A stretch of DNA of 61,865 bases, from positions 1-61,865 of the IMG/VR virus record IMGVR_UViG_3300027747_000005. One strand, written 5' to 3'. This document shows, piece after piece, positions 1 through 9,678 of this stretch (the stretch's first letter is position 1; every line of letters begins with the position of its first letter). The stretch comes from a virus. Its lineage: Duplodnaviria > Caudoviricetes. A model generated the notes under the pieces. That model ran no database searches. It saw only the letters and a program-made list of their open reading frames with translations, and was not told the DNA's origin. The translations under genes and the position numbers were made by a program.

Positions 1-127
1 TAGGCTGCGGGCGAGCCGAACTTGGCCAGGATGTCTTCACGCTGCTGCGCCGCCTGTTGCTTTTGGCGGTTCAATGCAGCATCCTGAAGTGCCCAATCAT
101 TCTGTTGAATCTGGGCTTGGTTGCGGA
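1..127. repeat. Terminal direct repeat, copy 1 (circular assembly overlap)
   Basis: 1-127 is identical to 61739-61865. 127 is a common assembler k-mer, and an ORF reads through the join. Confidence 0.95.
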
Positions 128-1199
128 ACGTGCCCATGTTGCCGATAGAGCGGTCAAACAGGTCGTTCACGCCAGCCGTCGAAGAGTTGTAGATGTTCTT
201 GTTGTCCGACCAGCCAGAGTTCAGGTCGTTCTGCACGCCACCGATGCGATTGGCAGAACTGGTGTAACCACCCGCCAAGGCTTCCAACAAAGACCCAGTG
301 GGGATCTCCTGCCCGGGGCGGTAGCTGCGGGCTTGGGAATCGCGGGCAAAGTCATAAAACTGATTCATGCCGTTGGACGACGCGCCAAGGTTCAGCTTGT
401 TGAAGTCCATCAGTGCGCCATAGGCATCACCTACCATTGTCCGCGGCGTGTTGCGAGCAATGGCTTGGTCGGCATTGAGGGAGTTCAGGCCGGTTGAGTA
501 GTTGCGGTTGAGCGACGAAAGCTCTGCGCCGTTGTTGATGTCGCCACGCAGGCCGTCCAGCATGCCATCTCCGAACCCACCGCCGTAGCTTCCGCCGCCG
601 CCACTGTACGCGCCGTAGTTGCCGCTCCCATTCACGGCACCGGCCAGACTTGGCAGCGCACCGGCCACATCGCGCCCAACGGACATGGCAGCGCCAGCCT
701 TGCCAAGGCCAGCCAGCGCGTTGTAGCGGCCCACTCCAAGCTGGCTCACGGCGTTCTGGTTGCCGACATTCATGTCAGCCAGTGACCGCTGATATCCGTT
801 TTGATTCTGCGCCCACGCCTGCAATCCCTGCCCAGCCACATTGCCGTAGTTGGCCATGGCCGCGGTGCCAAGATTGGACACCGCCGCCTGCCGCGCAGCC
901 TCGGCCGCAGAGGCAGCTTGGTTGTTAGCTTGGGCGTTGTTCCAAGTGTTGCCTAGAGAATTGGCAAGCTGACCAATCCCGCCAGCCATAGCCGCGTAGT
1001 TCTGCGCGTAGCTGTTCCCCAGGCTCGCCAGCCCCTGGTTGTAGGTGCCGTAGCCCTGGTTGTAGGAGCCGTACATATTGCCCAGAGTCTGCCCGAACTG
1101 GGACGGCGCAGCGGCCAATTGGCCACCCACAGCCTGCGCGTATTCCTTGGCGGTGTTCGCGCCCCATGGGGCCAGAAAAGTTCCATCAAATGCGGCCAT
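1..1199 (-). CDS. Join-spanning internal virion/ejection protein, 408 aa (1199..1 continuing 61738..61711); absent from the ORF track
   Basis: AGGAG RBS, ATG at 1199, MAAFDGTFLAPWGANTAKEYAQAVGGQ... open to TAA at 61711-61713, which overlaps the next ATG. A/G/N/Q-rich helical composition typical of podovirus ejection proteins. Confidence 0.8.
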   Translation of the reverse strand, partial: MAAFDGTFLAPWGANTAKEYAQAVGGQLAAAPSQFGQTLGNMYGSYNQGYGTYNQGLASLGNSYAQNYAAMAGGIGQLANSLGNTWNNAQANNQAASAAEAARQAAVSNLGTAAMANYGNVAGQGLQAWAQNQNGYQRSLADMNVGNQNAVSQLGVGRYNALAGLGKAGAAMSVGRDVAGALPSLAGAVNGSGNYGAYSGGGGSYGGGFGDGMLDGLRGDINNGAELSSLNRNYSTGLNSLNADQAIARNTPRTMVGDAYGALMDFNKLNLGASSNGMNQFYDFARDSQARSYRPGQEIPTGSLLEALAGGYTSSANRIGGVQNDLNSGWSDNKNIYNSSTAGVNDLFDRSIGNMGTFRNQAQIQQNDWALQDAALNRQKQQAAQQREDILAKFGSPAA

Positions 1200-1208
1200 G
1201 CTTGTCTC

Positions 1209-2417
1209 CTATTTGCTATTGCCCCGGAAAGGGCGTTTCAGTGCCGACAGGGAAATAGCCGCTAAAATCAGCGCCGCCCCGGCAGGCGGGAAGAACCACA
1301 AATCCCGCTTCTCAGCCTCTTCTTTAAGCCAGCCGCATATTTCTGGGATGCGTTTCAGGCACTCCCGCTCGCCCCAGACATCCATCTGTGCAGCCCGGGC
1401 GTTGCAGCTACAGGTTTGGGAGGCGACTATTCCGACCTGCCGCAGCAGGGCTTTTAGCTCAGACCCCGGCCCGCAGTGAAGATGTGCCCCCGCGTCAAAC
1501 ACAACCGGATCGCCCACGGATGCGGGGGCGTAGTCTGGGCAGGGATCGTTGGTGACATATCTGACTTCGGCCTCATAAGACCCCGTAAAGCGATCTGTGC
1601 ATGTGCTGTTAGCTCGCAGCCGCAACGCGCCGGACCCCGGCTTGCCCGAATAGCTAGCGCCTACACTGAACGGTGCCCCGCCCACTTCTCCGATCAGGCG
1701 CAGGAGTGGCTCCGAACCCTTCACCTTGCATTCGGAAAACGCGCTCTCTGGTGGCACAGGGGAAGTGCCGTTGGGGCTTGAGCTTATGGGAGCAGTGTTA
1801 CCAGGGCCGGAAGCGCCGCCGGTCGCGGTAATGATCACAGTGGTGTCGTTGGGAATGGTCACACCAGTGTCAACCCACGCATCTTGTCCTACATCGATTG
1901 TCACAGTGACGGTCGCTGATGTCGTAGACCTGGGCTGGCACCCCTCGGCCCCGCAGCACTTCTGGTTGGGCTGGCAGCATGTATAAGCTGTGAAATTGCC
2001 TTGGCAGAAAGTAGTGCCAGTCCCGCACTTGTTCACGCATTCCCCATCAGTGCATCGCTGTTCAATTGGGCAGCAAGTCCCTTCGCAACATTGCCGCGGA
2101 GCATAACACACCGAAACGCAAGATCCTGTGCGCTCGTCACACACCTCGCAGTAACGTGGGCGGCACCCTCCGTGGGCAACGGAAGCCGCCAGGGTGCTGC
2201 AGTTACACGTTGTGAGGTTGATGGTTCTCTTACCCTTAGCGGCGCAGGAGCAGGCGTTTTCTTGGGTGCAGGGCTTCTCGCCCGCGTCGTCAACGCATGT
2301 CAGCGAGGCGCAAGAGGCAGTTGTTGTGCCGCCTGCGGTCGCGCATTGTGACTTTGTCTTTTCCTCACAAGAAGACCCGTTGCAGCACGCAACAGTAGAG
2401 CAGCAATCACATGGCAT
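1209..2417 (-). CDS. Cysteine-rich virion protein with a lectin-like beta-sandwich and a C-terminal GPGSELK...CSC domain
   Basis: About 32 Cys in the first ~160 aa (manual count). WVDTGV...LIGEVG...LRLRAN...GSY resembles PA-IL/LecA-like domains. Confidence 0.6.
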   Translation of the reverse strand: MPCDCCSTVACCNGSSCEEKTKSQCATAGGTTTASCASLTCVDDAGEKPCTQENACSCAAKGKRTINLTTCNCSTLAASVAHGGCRPRYCEVCDERTGSCVSVCYAPRQCCEGTCCPIEQRCTDGECVNKCGTGTTFCQGNFTAYTCCQPNQKCCGAEGCQPRSTTSATVTVTIDVGQDAWVDTGVTIPNDTTVIITATGGASGPGNTAPISSSPNGTSPVPPESAFSECKVKGSEPLLRLIGEVGGAPFSVGASYSGKPGSGALRLRANSTCTDRFTGSYEAEVRYVTNDPCPDYAPASVGDPVVFDAGAHLHCGPGSELKALLRQVGIVASQTCSCNARAAQMDVWGERECLKRIPEICGWLKEEAEKRDLWFFPPAGAALILAAISLSALKRPFRGNSK

Positions 2418-4540
2418 TAGTCAGGCTTCAAATAAGTGAGGCTTTCAGGTTTGCTGGTAACCGTCACGCTAATCGGCTTGTCCTCATAGACCGTATCCCA
2501 GTCCACTTCGTCACTGGTTAACTCTCCGGTGCCATCCGGGTACAGCACGGATGCTGTTCCCTTCGTTGCGACCTGAACGGCTTGCGTGCCGGGCGTTAGA
2601 TCCACTCCCAGCGCGGGCACGCTGATAGTCACATCTACCTGCTTTGTGCCAGGGGTCAATGCAATAGTGCCGCCAGACACAGAAAGGTTCGCGTCTGCCG
2701 TGCCGTTTGTTTTGTTAAACGTAATGGTCGGCGCTGGGATTGTTACGGTGGCGTTGGCGGAATCCGACAGTTTAATGCTACCCGTCACTGCCAGCGAGGC
2801 GCTCGCGCTGCCAGCAGACTTGTTTAACGTAACGGTCGGCGTGGGAATTGTTACGGTCGCAGTGGCAGCATCCGACAGCGTAATGGTGCCCGTCACGGGG
2901 AGAGACGCATTTGCACTGCCAGCAGACTTAGACAACGTCACTGTCGGCGTGGGAATTGTTACGGTCGCAGTGGCAGCATCCGACAGCGTAATGGTGCCCG
3001 TCACTGGAAGCGAAGCATTCGCGCTGCCAGCAGACTTGGACAACGTCACTGTCGGCGTGGTGATGCTCACAGTCTTTGCACTGGCTCCCCCCAGAGTCAC
3101 TGTGCCAGTTACAGTACCCTGAGACGTTACCTCGCAAGTCGGCGCGCCGGTAAAGGTGACAGTTATCTTTCGGTTTTCCGTAGTCAGCTGCAGCTTGCAG
3201 TCGGCATCCAAGGAGCCTCCAGTCACAACTGGGACGGTCACGGTGGCCGACAGGGATCCGATACTTCCCTTTACAGCAATGCCGCTGGGCGTGGCGGTAA
3301 AAGACCCGCTAGTGGGAACGTCAACAGTGCCGGTTATTTTAGACACGGTAGCACTGTCGTAGACATCGTAGCTTATGGACCCACTGGCCGTGGCATTAGA
3401 TAGACTGCCACCTGTTGGCACGGCCACAGTTCCGGTTAGCTTTGAAACCGTCGCACTGTCGTAGACATCGTAGCTTATAGAGCCACTGGCCTTGGCATTA
3501 GATAGACTGCCACCTGTTGGCACGGGCACAGTGCCGGACAGCTTTGACACAGTAGCACTGTCGTAGACATCGTAGCTTATAGAGCCACTTGCCTTAGCGT
3601 CCGAAAGACTGCCACCTGTTGGCACAGACACAGTGCCGGACAGATTCGACAAAGTGGCACTGTCGTAGACATCGTATTTAATAGATCCGGTAGCCTTCGC
3701 GTCAGACAGGCTTGCACTTGTAACCGTTGGCACTTCGGCCTTGCCCGTGGCGGAAGTAGATTTTGTTGTCGCGCTCGCAACGGTGGGGGCTTGGATCTCT
3801 CCCTTTGTAGTAATATTGACATCGGTGTTTTTTGCATTGACGGTGACGGCTTTATTCTTCACCGTCAGCCCAGAGACATTCGGAATAGACACAGTGCCAG
3901 TGGCAGTTTTATCTACATAGGTAATGATTTTTTGAGTGGAGCGAATCCCGCGAGAACCGCCCCCTCCACCACCATTGGAAAAAATCACCGTCGTAATGCC
4001 ATCTCGGCCAGCTGCTCCCGCCGCACCGTCAACGCCGTCCCGCCCAGATTGCCCCACGTAGGTGTTGTTGATGTAGGAAGCGTTGATGTTGTTTGTGGTC
4101 AGCGTGCTTGTGGTGACGTTGGTGCTGAACGTGTTGCTGAACGTGCTGTCTCCAGCGACGTTGAAAGTGTCGCCGCCAAAGTAGTTGCTGTACTGGAACG
4201 CTTGGTTGATGGGGAAGGCAAACTGATTGCCGTCATAGTTGCTGGAGTTGTTGATCACGCCGCCGCCGCCATATCCGCCACCACCGCCAAGCCCCGGCAT
4301 GTCCACAAACGCATTTTGGCCTGCGGTCGGCAGCAGGTTCCGGTAGTCGGATGTTTTCCACACGCCATTTCTGGCAAGCCCACCTGCGCCGGTTGTGGCT
4401 GGGGGCTGGAGGTTGACCGCACCGCGGTGCGTGAGAGGTTGCTGACAGTTGCCCAGCGACTGCATCAACTGACGCAAGGCCGCTTCGGGAAGCGCGCCAG
4501 AAAGCGCCTGCGCCAGTGCAGGCATGCTTTGCGTAAACAC
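2417..4540 (-). CDS. Tail needle/fibre-like protein with two blocks of tandem repeats
   Basis: GTG start overlaps the upstream TAG. Short collagen-like stretch (GQSGRDGVDGAAGAAGRDG), S/T/V-rich beta repeats, position directly after the nozzle gene. Confidence 0.65.
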   Translation of the reverse strand: MFTQSMPALAQALSGALPEAALRQLMQSLGNCQQPLTHRGAVNLQPPATTGAGGLARNGVWKTSDYRNLLPTAGQNAFVDMPGLGGGGGYGGGGVINNSSNYDGNQFAFPINQAFQYSNYFGGDTFNVAGDSTFSNTFSTNVTTSTLTTNNINASYINNTYVGQSGRDGVDGAAGAAGRDGITTVIFSNGGGGGGSRGIRSTQKIITYVDKTATGTVSIPNVSGLTVKNKAVTVNAKNTDVNITTKGEIQAPTVASATTKSTSATGKAEVPTVTSASLSDAKATGSIKYDVYDSATLSNLSGTVSVPTGGSLSDAKASGSISYDVYDSATVSKLSGTVPVPTGGSLSNAKASGSISYDVYDSATVSKLTGTVAVPTGGSLSNATASGSISYDVYDSATVSKITGTVDVPTSGSFTATPSGIAVKGSIGSLSATVTVPVVTGGSLDADCKLQLTTENRKITVTFTGAPTCEVTSQGTVTGTVTLGGASAKTVSITTPTVTLSKSAGSANASLPVTGTITLSDAATATVTIPTPTVTLSKSAGSANASLPVTGTITLSDAATATVTIPTPTVTLNKSAGSASASLAVTGSIKLSDSANATVTIPAPTITFNKTNGTADANLSVSGGTIALTPGTKQVDVTISVPALGVDLTPGTQAVQVATKGTASVLYPDGTGELTSDEVDWDTVYEDKPISVTVTSKPESLTYLKPD
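2650..3075 (-). repeat. Four 108-bp (36-aa) coding repeats, TVTIPTPTVTLSKSAGSANASLPVTGTITLSDAATA
   Basis: Near-identical DNA units start at about 2843 and 2951; the outer copies are diverged. Confidence 0.9.
3305..3713 (-). repeat. Four 102-bp (34-aa) coding repeats, SLSxAKASGSISYDVYDSATVSKLSGTVxVPTGG
   Basis: gtagacatcgta recurs at about 3359, 3461, 3563 and 3665. Confidence 0.9.
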
Positions 4541-7131
4541 TACTTAGCACCCTCCACAATGACAGTGTGTATCGCAGGGGCATTTGCAGAGGACGACTGA
4601 GTCCCGGCGAAGGCTATGGCAACATGCCTGTCCGCACCGGCGGATCGTTCTTCGTTGCCGCCGTAGAACATCGCCCGGGCCACGCCACTTGCCTCGCCCA
4701 GCGCCGACCGGGAACGCTTCATATTCAGCACCGAATCGGTTCCAGGGGAGGACGGCACAAACCCATCCCCCCGGTCACTGGCAACGGCGTTCTGTCGGGC
4801 GGTGTCTGAGCCATTGAAATAGCGAGACAGGGAGAGTGAGGCATCACCAGAGGTTGGCGTGTACAGCACGCTGACTGCCTGCCGCCCCTCCTCGGTTACT
4901 AGCTCCATGTTTCCCGAGCGGAAGCTGTACGGTATCGCTGTGCCGTTGTCGGAATAGCCAGCCATGCGCACAAACCCGGATCCGGTGGCGGCGTATGCCA
5001 CGCCCTGCTGACCGCCTACGGCGTATGGGGCCGATGCGGTAATCGGGGCTGCATACTGTTCATCCCACCAACACTTAGTGGTGACCGAGTAGCACAGCGC
5101 GCGTGCGGGGTAGGTGTCGGTTGCATTGCAGTAGAAGAAGCGCACAACCTTGGTCGCCAAATCGGCTCGCACAAAGAACTGAGACGATTTGGTAAAGTCG
5201 ATGATGCCGTCGCGGAAGTAGTTATCGACCGGCACGGAGACGGGTTGGTCGTTCTGGCCGTCAAAGACATAGAGGCCGTAGCTATCAGCAATGAACGCCA
5301 CGCCGCCCATCACATCCCAGCACCGGCTGTTCAGCACTCCGCGGTACGCCGCAAGCATGATGCTGGCATCTAGCACGGGCTGAGCCACGTAGCTCAGCTT
5401 ATACAGATGGCGCGATTGCGCGGCTATTAGAAACGAGCCGAGGGGGATGAGGGCAACTACCGCATCGGAGTCGCCAGCGTTCTCTTGGACAACGATCTCG
5501 TTTTCCAGCGGGATGGATTCTGGCTCGTCTACTTCCGAGTAGTACAGACTGTTGGGCTTTTCGCCAGTGGTGTCCACCGCCAACCAGCAGCGGTCTTGGA
5601 ACATGCAGGCCACAGCGAAATTCCCAGGAGGAACACCAAATCGGCGGGCGTTGATCTGGCCGCTAGGCAGGGTTACGGGCAGCAAGCCGTAGCCGTCGCG
5701 CTCCGCATCGGACAGCTGGTCGTCCGTGAGGGTGTCCGTATAGGTTCCCGAGAAGTTCCCGGCAGACCGCAGGATCTTGGCTACCCGAAATAGCAGCACG
5801 CTCTGATCAGAGGTTGTGCGCCACAGTTCAACTGCGTACACGCGGCTGTCCAGGTCAGAGTGAGCCAGAGTCCACGTTAACGAAGAAGCCCCGTTTGCAA
5901 CATCCACCTCAATCAACTCTGAGATTGAGGAACTGATAGGCCCGCGGAACTTTTCGGGCGTGGCATCGATATAGCGGATAGCGCATTTGTATTTGCCGCG
6001 CATCACGTTGGAGATGGTGGAGGATGCGGTGGCGTCGTAGTCTCCAAGCGTCACGGTGGGGGGCAGAGAGTATGACCCGCCCCCACTCACGGTGACTTTG
6101 GTGATGCTGCCTCCAGAGACGGTGGCGGTGGCCGCAGCTGCAGACGCAGTTGTGTCGGTGACATCGGGCTGAAACGCAATGGTCGGCGGCGTGAGAAAAC
6201 CCGTGCCGCCTTTTGTGACTGTCACAGCCGCAACGCCGTACTTCATGCCCACAAGCAGGCTTGCCCCGGTTCCGCCACCACCAGAAATAGTCGCGGTGAC
6301 TGCACCCGTAGCTCCCGTTCCGCCTGACAGAATGTCCACTGACGAGATCGCACCAGCAGACGAGACGCTGACCACCGCGTTGGCCTTAGTGAGTCCTTGG
6401 GCGCTGGAGAAAACAACGGTCGGCGTAGATGTGTAGCCGGTTCCACCGCTGGCAACCGTGACGGCATTCACAGAGCCAGACACGCCAACAGAGAAGGAGG
6501 CTCCTGAAGCGTTGCTGGTGCTGAGCGTCACAACAGGCGCGGAGGTGTAGCCTGCCCCAGGCTCTGAGATGGTGACACCGACCACCCTCCCACCACTCAC
6601 TTCGGCCCGCCCCACCGCGGCCTTTGTTGGTGAGCCTCCCGAAAATGTCACGCTGGGAGCGGTGGAATACCCACTGCCAGGACGCGCCACGTTGACTGCA
6701 TCCACATACCCAGCCATCGCAGTGCTAGCAATTGTGACGGCCGGACCCTTATAGGGCTTCTGCAGGCCAATCGGTTGCATGACGCTCGCCGCCCCATCCC
6801 AGCGCAACCCGCGGCCCATGCCGTCAAACACGTACACATCGTTAAAGCGCGAACGCACAAACGAGGCAGGGATCACGGAGCCGGAATACACGCGCGCCTC
6901 CGCAGCTGCGTTGCCAGCAATGGTTACCGTAGGCGCGGATGTGTAGCCCGTTCCACCATTTGTTATAACCACCGCCTCCACCTGAGTCCCGGCCATGTGG
7001 GCCACACCGACTGCTCCCGCCCCACCACCTCCCGAAAAACTCACCGCGGGAGGGGCTGTGTAACCAGAGCCGCCGGTCGTCAGGGAGATGGAGACGACTT
7101 GGCCCGAACGGCGTTGGGCAAGGTAGGTCAT
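4540..7131 (-). CDS. Tail nozzle/stabilisation protein (P22 gp10/T7 gp12-like) with N-terminal GGxGYTxAPxV repeats
   Basis: The C-terminal half has propeller-like motifs (FQDRCW, LYYSE..EPES, GV.NSR, GLYVFDG). About seven GxGY(T/S)xxPxV units. Lies after the adaptor gene. Confidence 0.65.
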   Translation of the reverse strand: MTYLAQRRSGQVVSISLTTGGSGYTAPPAVSFSGGGGAGAVGVAHMAGTQVEAVVITNGGTGYTSAPTVTIAGNAAAEARVYSGSVIPASFVRSRFNDVYVFDGMGRGLRWDGAASVMQPIGLQKPYKGPAVTIASTAMAGYVDAVNVARPGSGYSTAPSVTFSGGSPTKAAVGRAEVSGGRVVGVTISEPGAGYTSAPVVTLSTSNASGASFSVGVSGSVNAVTVASGGTGYTSTPTVVFSSAQGLTKANAVVSVSSAGAISSVDILSGGTGATGAVTATISGGGGTGASLLVGMKYGVAAVTVTKGGTGFLTPPTIAFQPDVTDTTASAAAATATVSGGSITKVTVSGGGSYSLPPTVTLGDYDATASSTISNVMRGKYKCAIRYIDATPEKFRGPISSSISELIEVDVANGASSLTWTLAHSDLDSRVYAVELWRTTSDQSVLLFRVAKILRSAGNFSGTYTDTLTDDQLSDAERDGYGLLPVTLPSGQINARRFGVPPGNFAVACMFQDRCWLAVDTTGEKPNSLYYSEVDEPESIPLENEIVVQENAGDSDAVVALIPLGSFLIAAQSRHLYKLSYVAQPVLDASIMLAAYRGVLNSRCWDVMGGVAFIADSYGLYVFDGQNDQPVSVPVDNYFRDGIIDFTKSSQFFVRADLATKVVRFFYCNATDTYPARALCYSVTTKCWWDEQYAAPITASAPYAVGGQQGVAYAATGSGFVRMAGYSDNGTAIPYSFRSGNMELVTEEGRQAVSVLYTPTSGDASLSLSRYFNGSDTARQNAVASDRGDGFVPSSPGTDSVLNMKRSRSALGEASGVARAMFYGGNEERSAGADRHVAIAFAGTQSSSANAPAIHTVIVEGAK

Positions 7132-7406
7132 TATGCGCTGCCCGTTTTGACTGAGGAGTAGATGCGACCGCCAGAGTCTTGGTAGATAAGATGCTCAGCC
7201 GTGCCGTTCTGATATCGGAAGGTGGAAACAACAGGCGACGAGGTTGAGTCTGCCGATGTGAACGTGATCGGAGTGAGTCCTGGACGCACCGAGAGCTTGC
7301 CCGGGACCAGGCACTGCAAGTTCACCTGCTGCACTGCCGATCCTGGTGGGATGGAATAGGGCGAAGCGTTGGTCGCCAGACCCGCCCATTTGTCGATAAC
7401 GATCAT
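7131..7406 (-). CDS. Probable separately encoded N-terminal segment of the nozzle protein
   Basis: WAGL...SPYSIPPG...NL...GKLSVRPG matches the usual N-terminus of gp10-like nozzles. TAATG coupling to 4540..7131. Confidence 0.5.
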   Translation of the reverse strand: MIVIDKWAGLATNASPYSIPPGSAVQQVNLQCLVPGKLSVRPGLTPITFTSADSTSSPVVSTFRYQNGTAEHLIYQDSGGRIYSSVKTGSA

Positions 7407-8539
7407 GGGTTGCCTCCATCAAAGTTGTCGGACTGCAGCGGCGTTCTCCAAGCCATGGCATCGAAGATCACTCGCTGCGGTTGCTGGAACGGAGTGAGTG
7501 CATCGGACTCCATAGCCAGACGCAAGTCCCTCTGGTACATGGCGAACGCATTGTCCGGCTTGGTGTTGCGGGTTCGCGCCAGCCAGTAGTTCGCGCAGGA
7601 CAAGAAACCGTTGTGCATGCCCGTGGCCATGTCCACAATGTCGGTAACGATGTACTTTGCCGCAGTGGCCGTGAGCGAGGTCGCTAGCGTGCAGGACGTT
7701 GCGCTTGCCACAGACGCTATGACTGCTTCGCCTTGGTACGGGGTCAGGGAGCCGTCACTGCCGGGGGACTCCGAGGAAGTTCCCACGCGCAACACGGATC
7801 CAACCATGGCAGATGTGAAGGCTGTGCCAGAGCCAGTGACGGCAGTCCCAGAAATGGTAACCGTGCCCTGGCGGGAACTGGCCTCATGCCCAGAGATTCG
7901 CAGCCGCCGCGGAAGTCTACGGTAGGTGAAGTCTAGGTTTGAGTTGGCGACCGGATACCCAACGACTTTAATCGCCCAACCCGTTCCCTGCGGATCCTTA
8001 ATGACAGTCCACGCATGCGGTGGGCCTGCTAGGTTATTGGCGTTCTCCAGCTTCATCGCCTGATCAGGTGTGGCATAGATGAACCGCGTCCAAGCCACAT
8101 GGTCAATGGGCGAGTCCAAAGACCGAAAGTCTGAAGGCAGAGGAAATGTGTCTTGGTACAGCGTTGCCGCCGTTGGATTCACCAAGTCTGTGGTGGGTGT
8201 CAGAATCGAATCGCACTGCAAGCGCGTATTGCTGACGCGCGTGGCGATCTTTGTCACCGTGTTGTTCAGGCGCATCCGGCAAAGAGCCGCATTGGTAGGA
8301 AAGGCATCGCCAGAAACTAGGTCGAAGTATCGGGTGCTCTGGGTGTACGTGACGGTTCCCAGCCAGTTGATTGCAAACCGAATGCGGCCGTGCGTCTGGT
8401 AGTAGTTCCAGTCTCGCAAGGTAGACAGTTCGCTGTACGCACGCTGGATAGCGGTGCGGATGTCTGTCTGCTCCGCATCTTGCGGCCCACCAAAACTGCT
8501 GGTGATGAGGTGTTCGACGGCGTCGTAGTAAGTCAGCAT
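7403..8539 (-). CDS. Tail adaptor (tail tubular protein A-like) with inserted beta domain
   Basis: IQRAYSEL...WNY, FPLPSDF and C-terminal helices; inserted GTVTISGTAVTGSGTAFT module. Confidence 0.65.
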   Translation of the reverse strand: MLTYYDAVEHLITSSFGGPQDAEQTDIRTAIQRAYSELSTLRDWNYYQTHGRIRFAINWLGTVTYTQSTRYFDLVSGDAFPTNAALCRMRLNNTVTKIATRVSNTRLQCDSILTPTTDLVNPTAATLYQDTFPLPSDFRSLDSPIDHVAWTRFIYATPDQAMKLENANNLAGPPHAWTVIKDPQGTGWAIKVVGYPVANSNLDFTYRRLPRRLRISGHEASSRQGTVTISGTAVTGSGTAFTSAMVGSVLRVGTSSESPGSDGSLTPYQGEAVIASVASATSCTLATSLTATAAKYIVTDIVDMATGMHNGFLSCANYWLARTRNTKPDNAFAMYQRDLRLAMESDALTPFQQPQRVIFDAMAWRTPLQSDNFDGGNP

Positions 8540-8559
8540 GTGTTATAGGCGGATGGGGT

Positions 8560-9678
8560 TTAAGAATCCAAGAAAGCCGCAGATGGCACGGTGAGGCTGG
8601 ACCCTGTGTAGCGCGCCGCCAGCGTCACGCGAAACTCGTCTAGGTATCCGGTAAAGTGACCGGAGGTTGCCTGCGAGATGTCGTCTACGTTAGTGAATAG
8701 AACGAACCTCGTCCCGCCAAAGTCATGCGAGCTAGCCTGGGTTAACGCAAGCGTGCCGTTGATGTAGACGCGGCGTGTTCCCGATGCGCGACAAATAGCT
8801 ATGTGACACCAAGAGTCGAACGGCACGGACGATTCGCTTGTATCCTGAGTATCGCTCCCCTCAAGTATGCGCATTGCGCCGTCGTTGCGAAAACCAACCA
8901 GCAACCTCTGGCCACGGGGGTTGATGTTGCCAGCATTAAAGATGTCAAATAAGATGTCGCCATACCCGGAGTTCCAAGAAGAGTCTTGGAGTCGCATCCA
9001 CCACTCAATGGTGTAGTCGCCAGTGCCAATGACCGGAACGGAAGATATGCCGGTGTCAAAGTTTCGCGATTCAAACAGAAGCCATCCACCTGTGCCTGCA
9101 TCGTACTTACTGCGCGCTCGTATAGAACCCGCGCCATATTTGGGATCCGCACTGCTCGCGGAAACACCAGATGAAGATGTTGGGCTTCGTCCATAGCTGC
9201 TGCTGTCTCCAAGCCCAGTGTTGCCGTGCAGGAGGAGCGTGACGTTGGCAAAGTATGGATCGCCAACAGCTTGGTCTGTGGGGGTTCCCGAGACGAAAGC
9301 GAACGTCCCAGTCCCTGCGGCTGAGTTGACCGCAGCCACGCCGAATAGATACGTTGTGCCGTTGGTTAGTCCGGTGACCGTGAACGTGCGGCCCGAGGTG
9401 TCCAAGTACACTTCTGAACCGTCGTCTGCCACGTAGAAGACTATGTATCCGACCACCGACGCGCTGCCCGCTGTCGTAGGGGCTGACCATGTCAGCGTGA
9501 CTTGGTGATTGCCACCCGTCGCCGCCAAGGAGTTGGGTCCACTAGGGGCCGTGAGCGGGGTGATTGTGCCATCCTGCTCCAGGTACCGATAAGCCTGCGA
9601 TGCCACCGCTGCACCAGCCGCAATGGCATTTGCCGCGGTAATGGCATCGCCTTTGAATCCGTAATTAATCTTCGGCAT
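8560..9678 (-). CDS. Fibre tip protein with FN3 and LamG/concanavalin A-like domains
   Basis: FN3 signature (VTLTWSAP...GYIV...VTGLTNGTTYLFGVAAVN) and LamG signature (DYTIEWW, WCHIAICR, VYING, GYLDEFRVT). Confidence 0.85.
   Translation of the reverse strand: MPKINYGFKGDAITAANAIAAGAAVASQAYRYLEQDGTITPLTAPSGPNSLAATGGNHQVTLTWSAPTTAGSASVVGYIVFYVADDGSEVYLDTSGRTFTVTGLTNGTTYLFGVAAVNSAAGTGTFAFVSGTPTDQAVGDPYFANVTLLLHGNTGLGDSSSYGRSPTSSSGVSASSADPKYGAGSIRARSKYDAGTGGWLLFESRNFDTGISSVPVIGTGDYTIEWWMRLQDSSWNSGYGDILFDIFNAGNINPRGQRLLVGFRNDGAMRILEGSDTQDTSESSVPFDSWCHIAICRASGTRRVYINGTLALTQASSHDFGGTRFVLFTNVDDISQATSGHFTGYLDEFRVTLAARYTGSSLTVPSAAFLDS

Noticed and set aside
1-127. 127-bp repeat as a biological direct terminal repeat
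   Set aside because: Its length equals a common k-mer and it falls mid-gene, so an assembly overlap is more likely.
2650-3713. Tandem repeats as a CRISPR array or DGR template/variable pair
   Set aside because: They are in-frame coding repeats with no unique spacers, and no cas or reverse transcriptase gene was seen.
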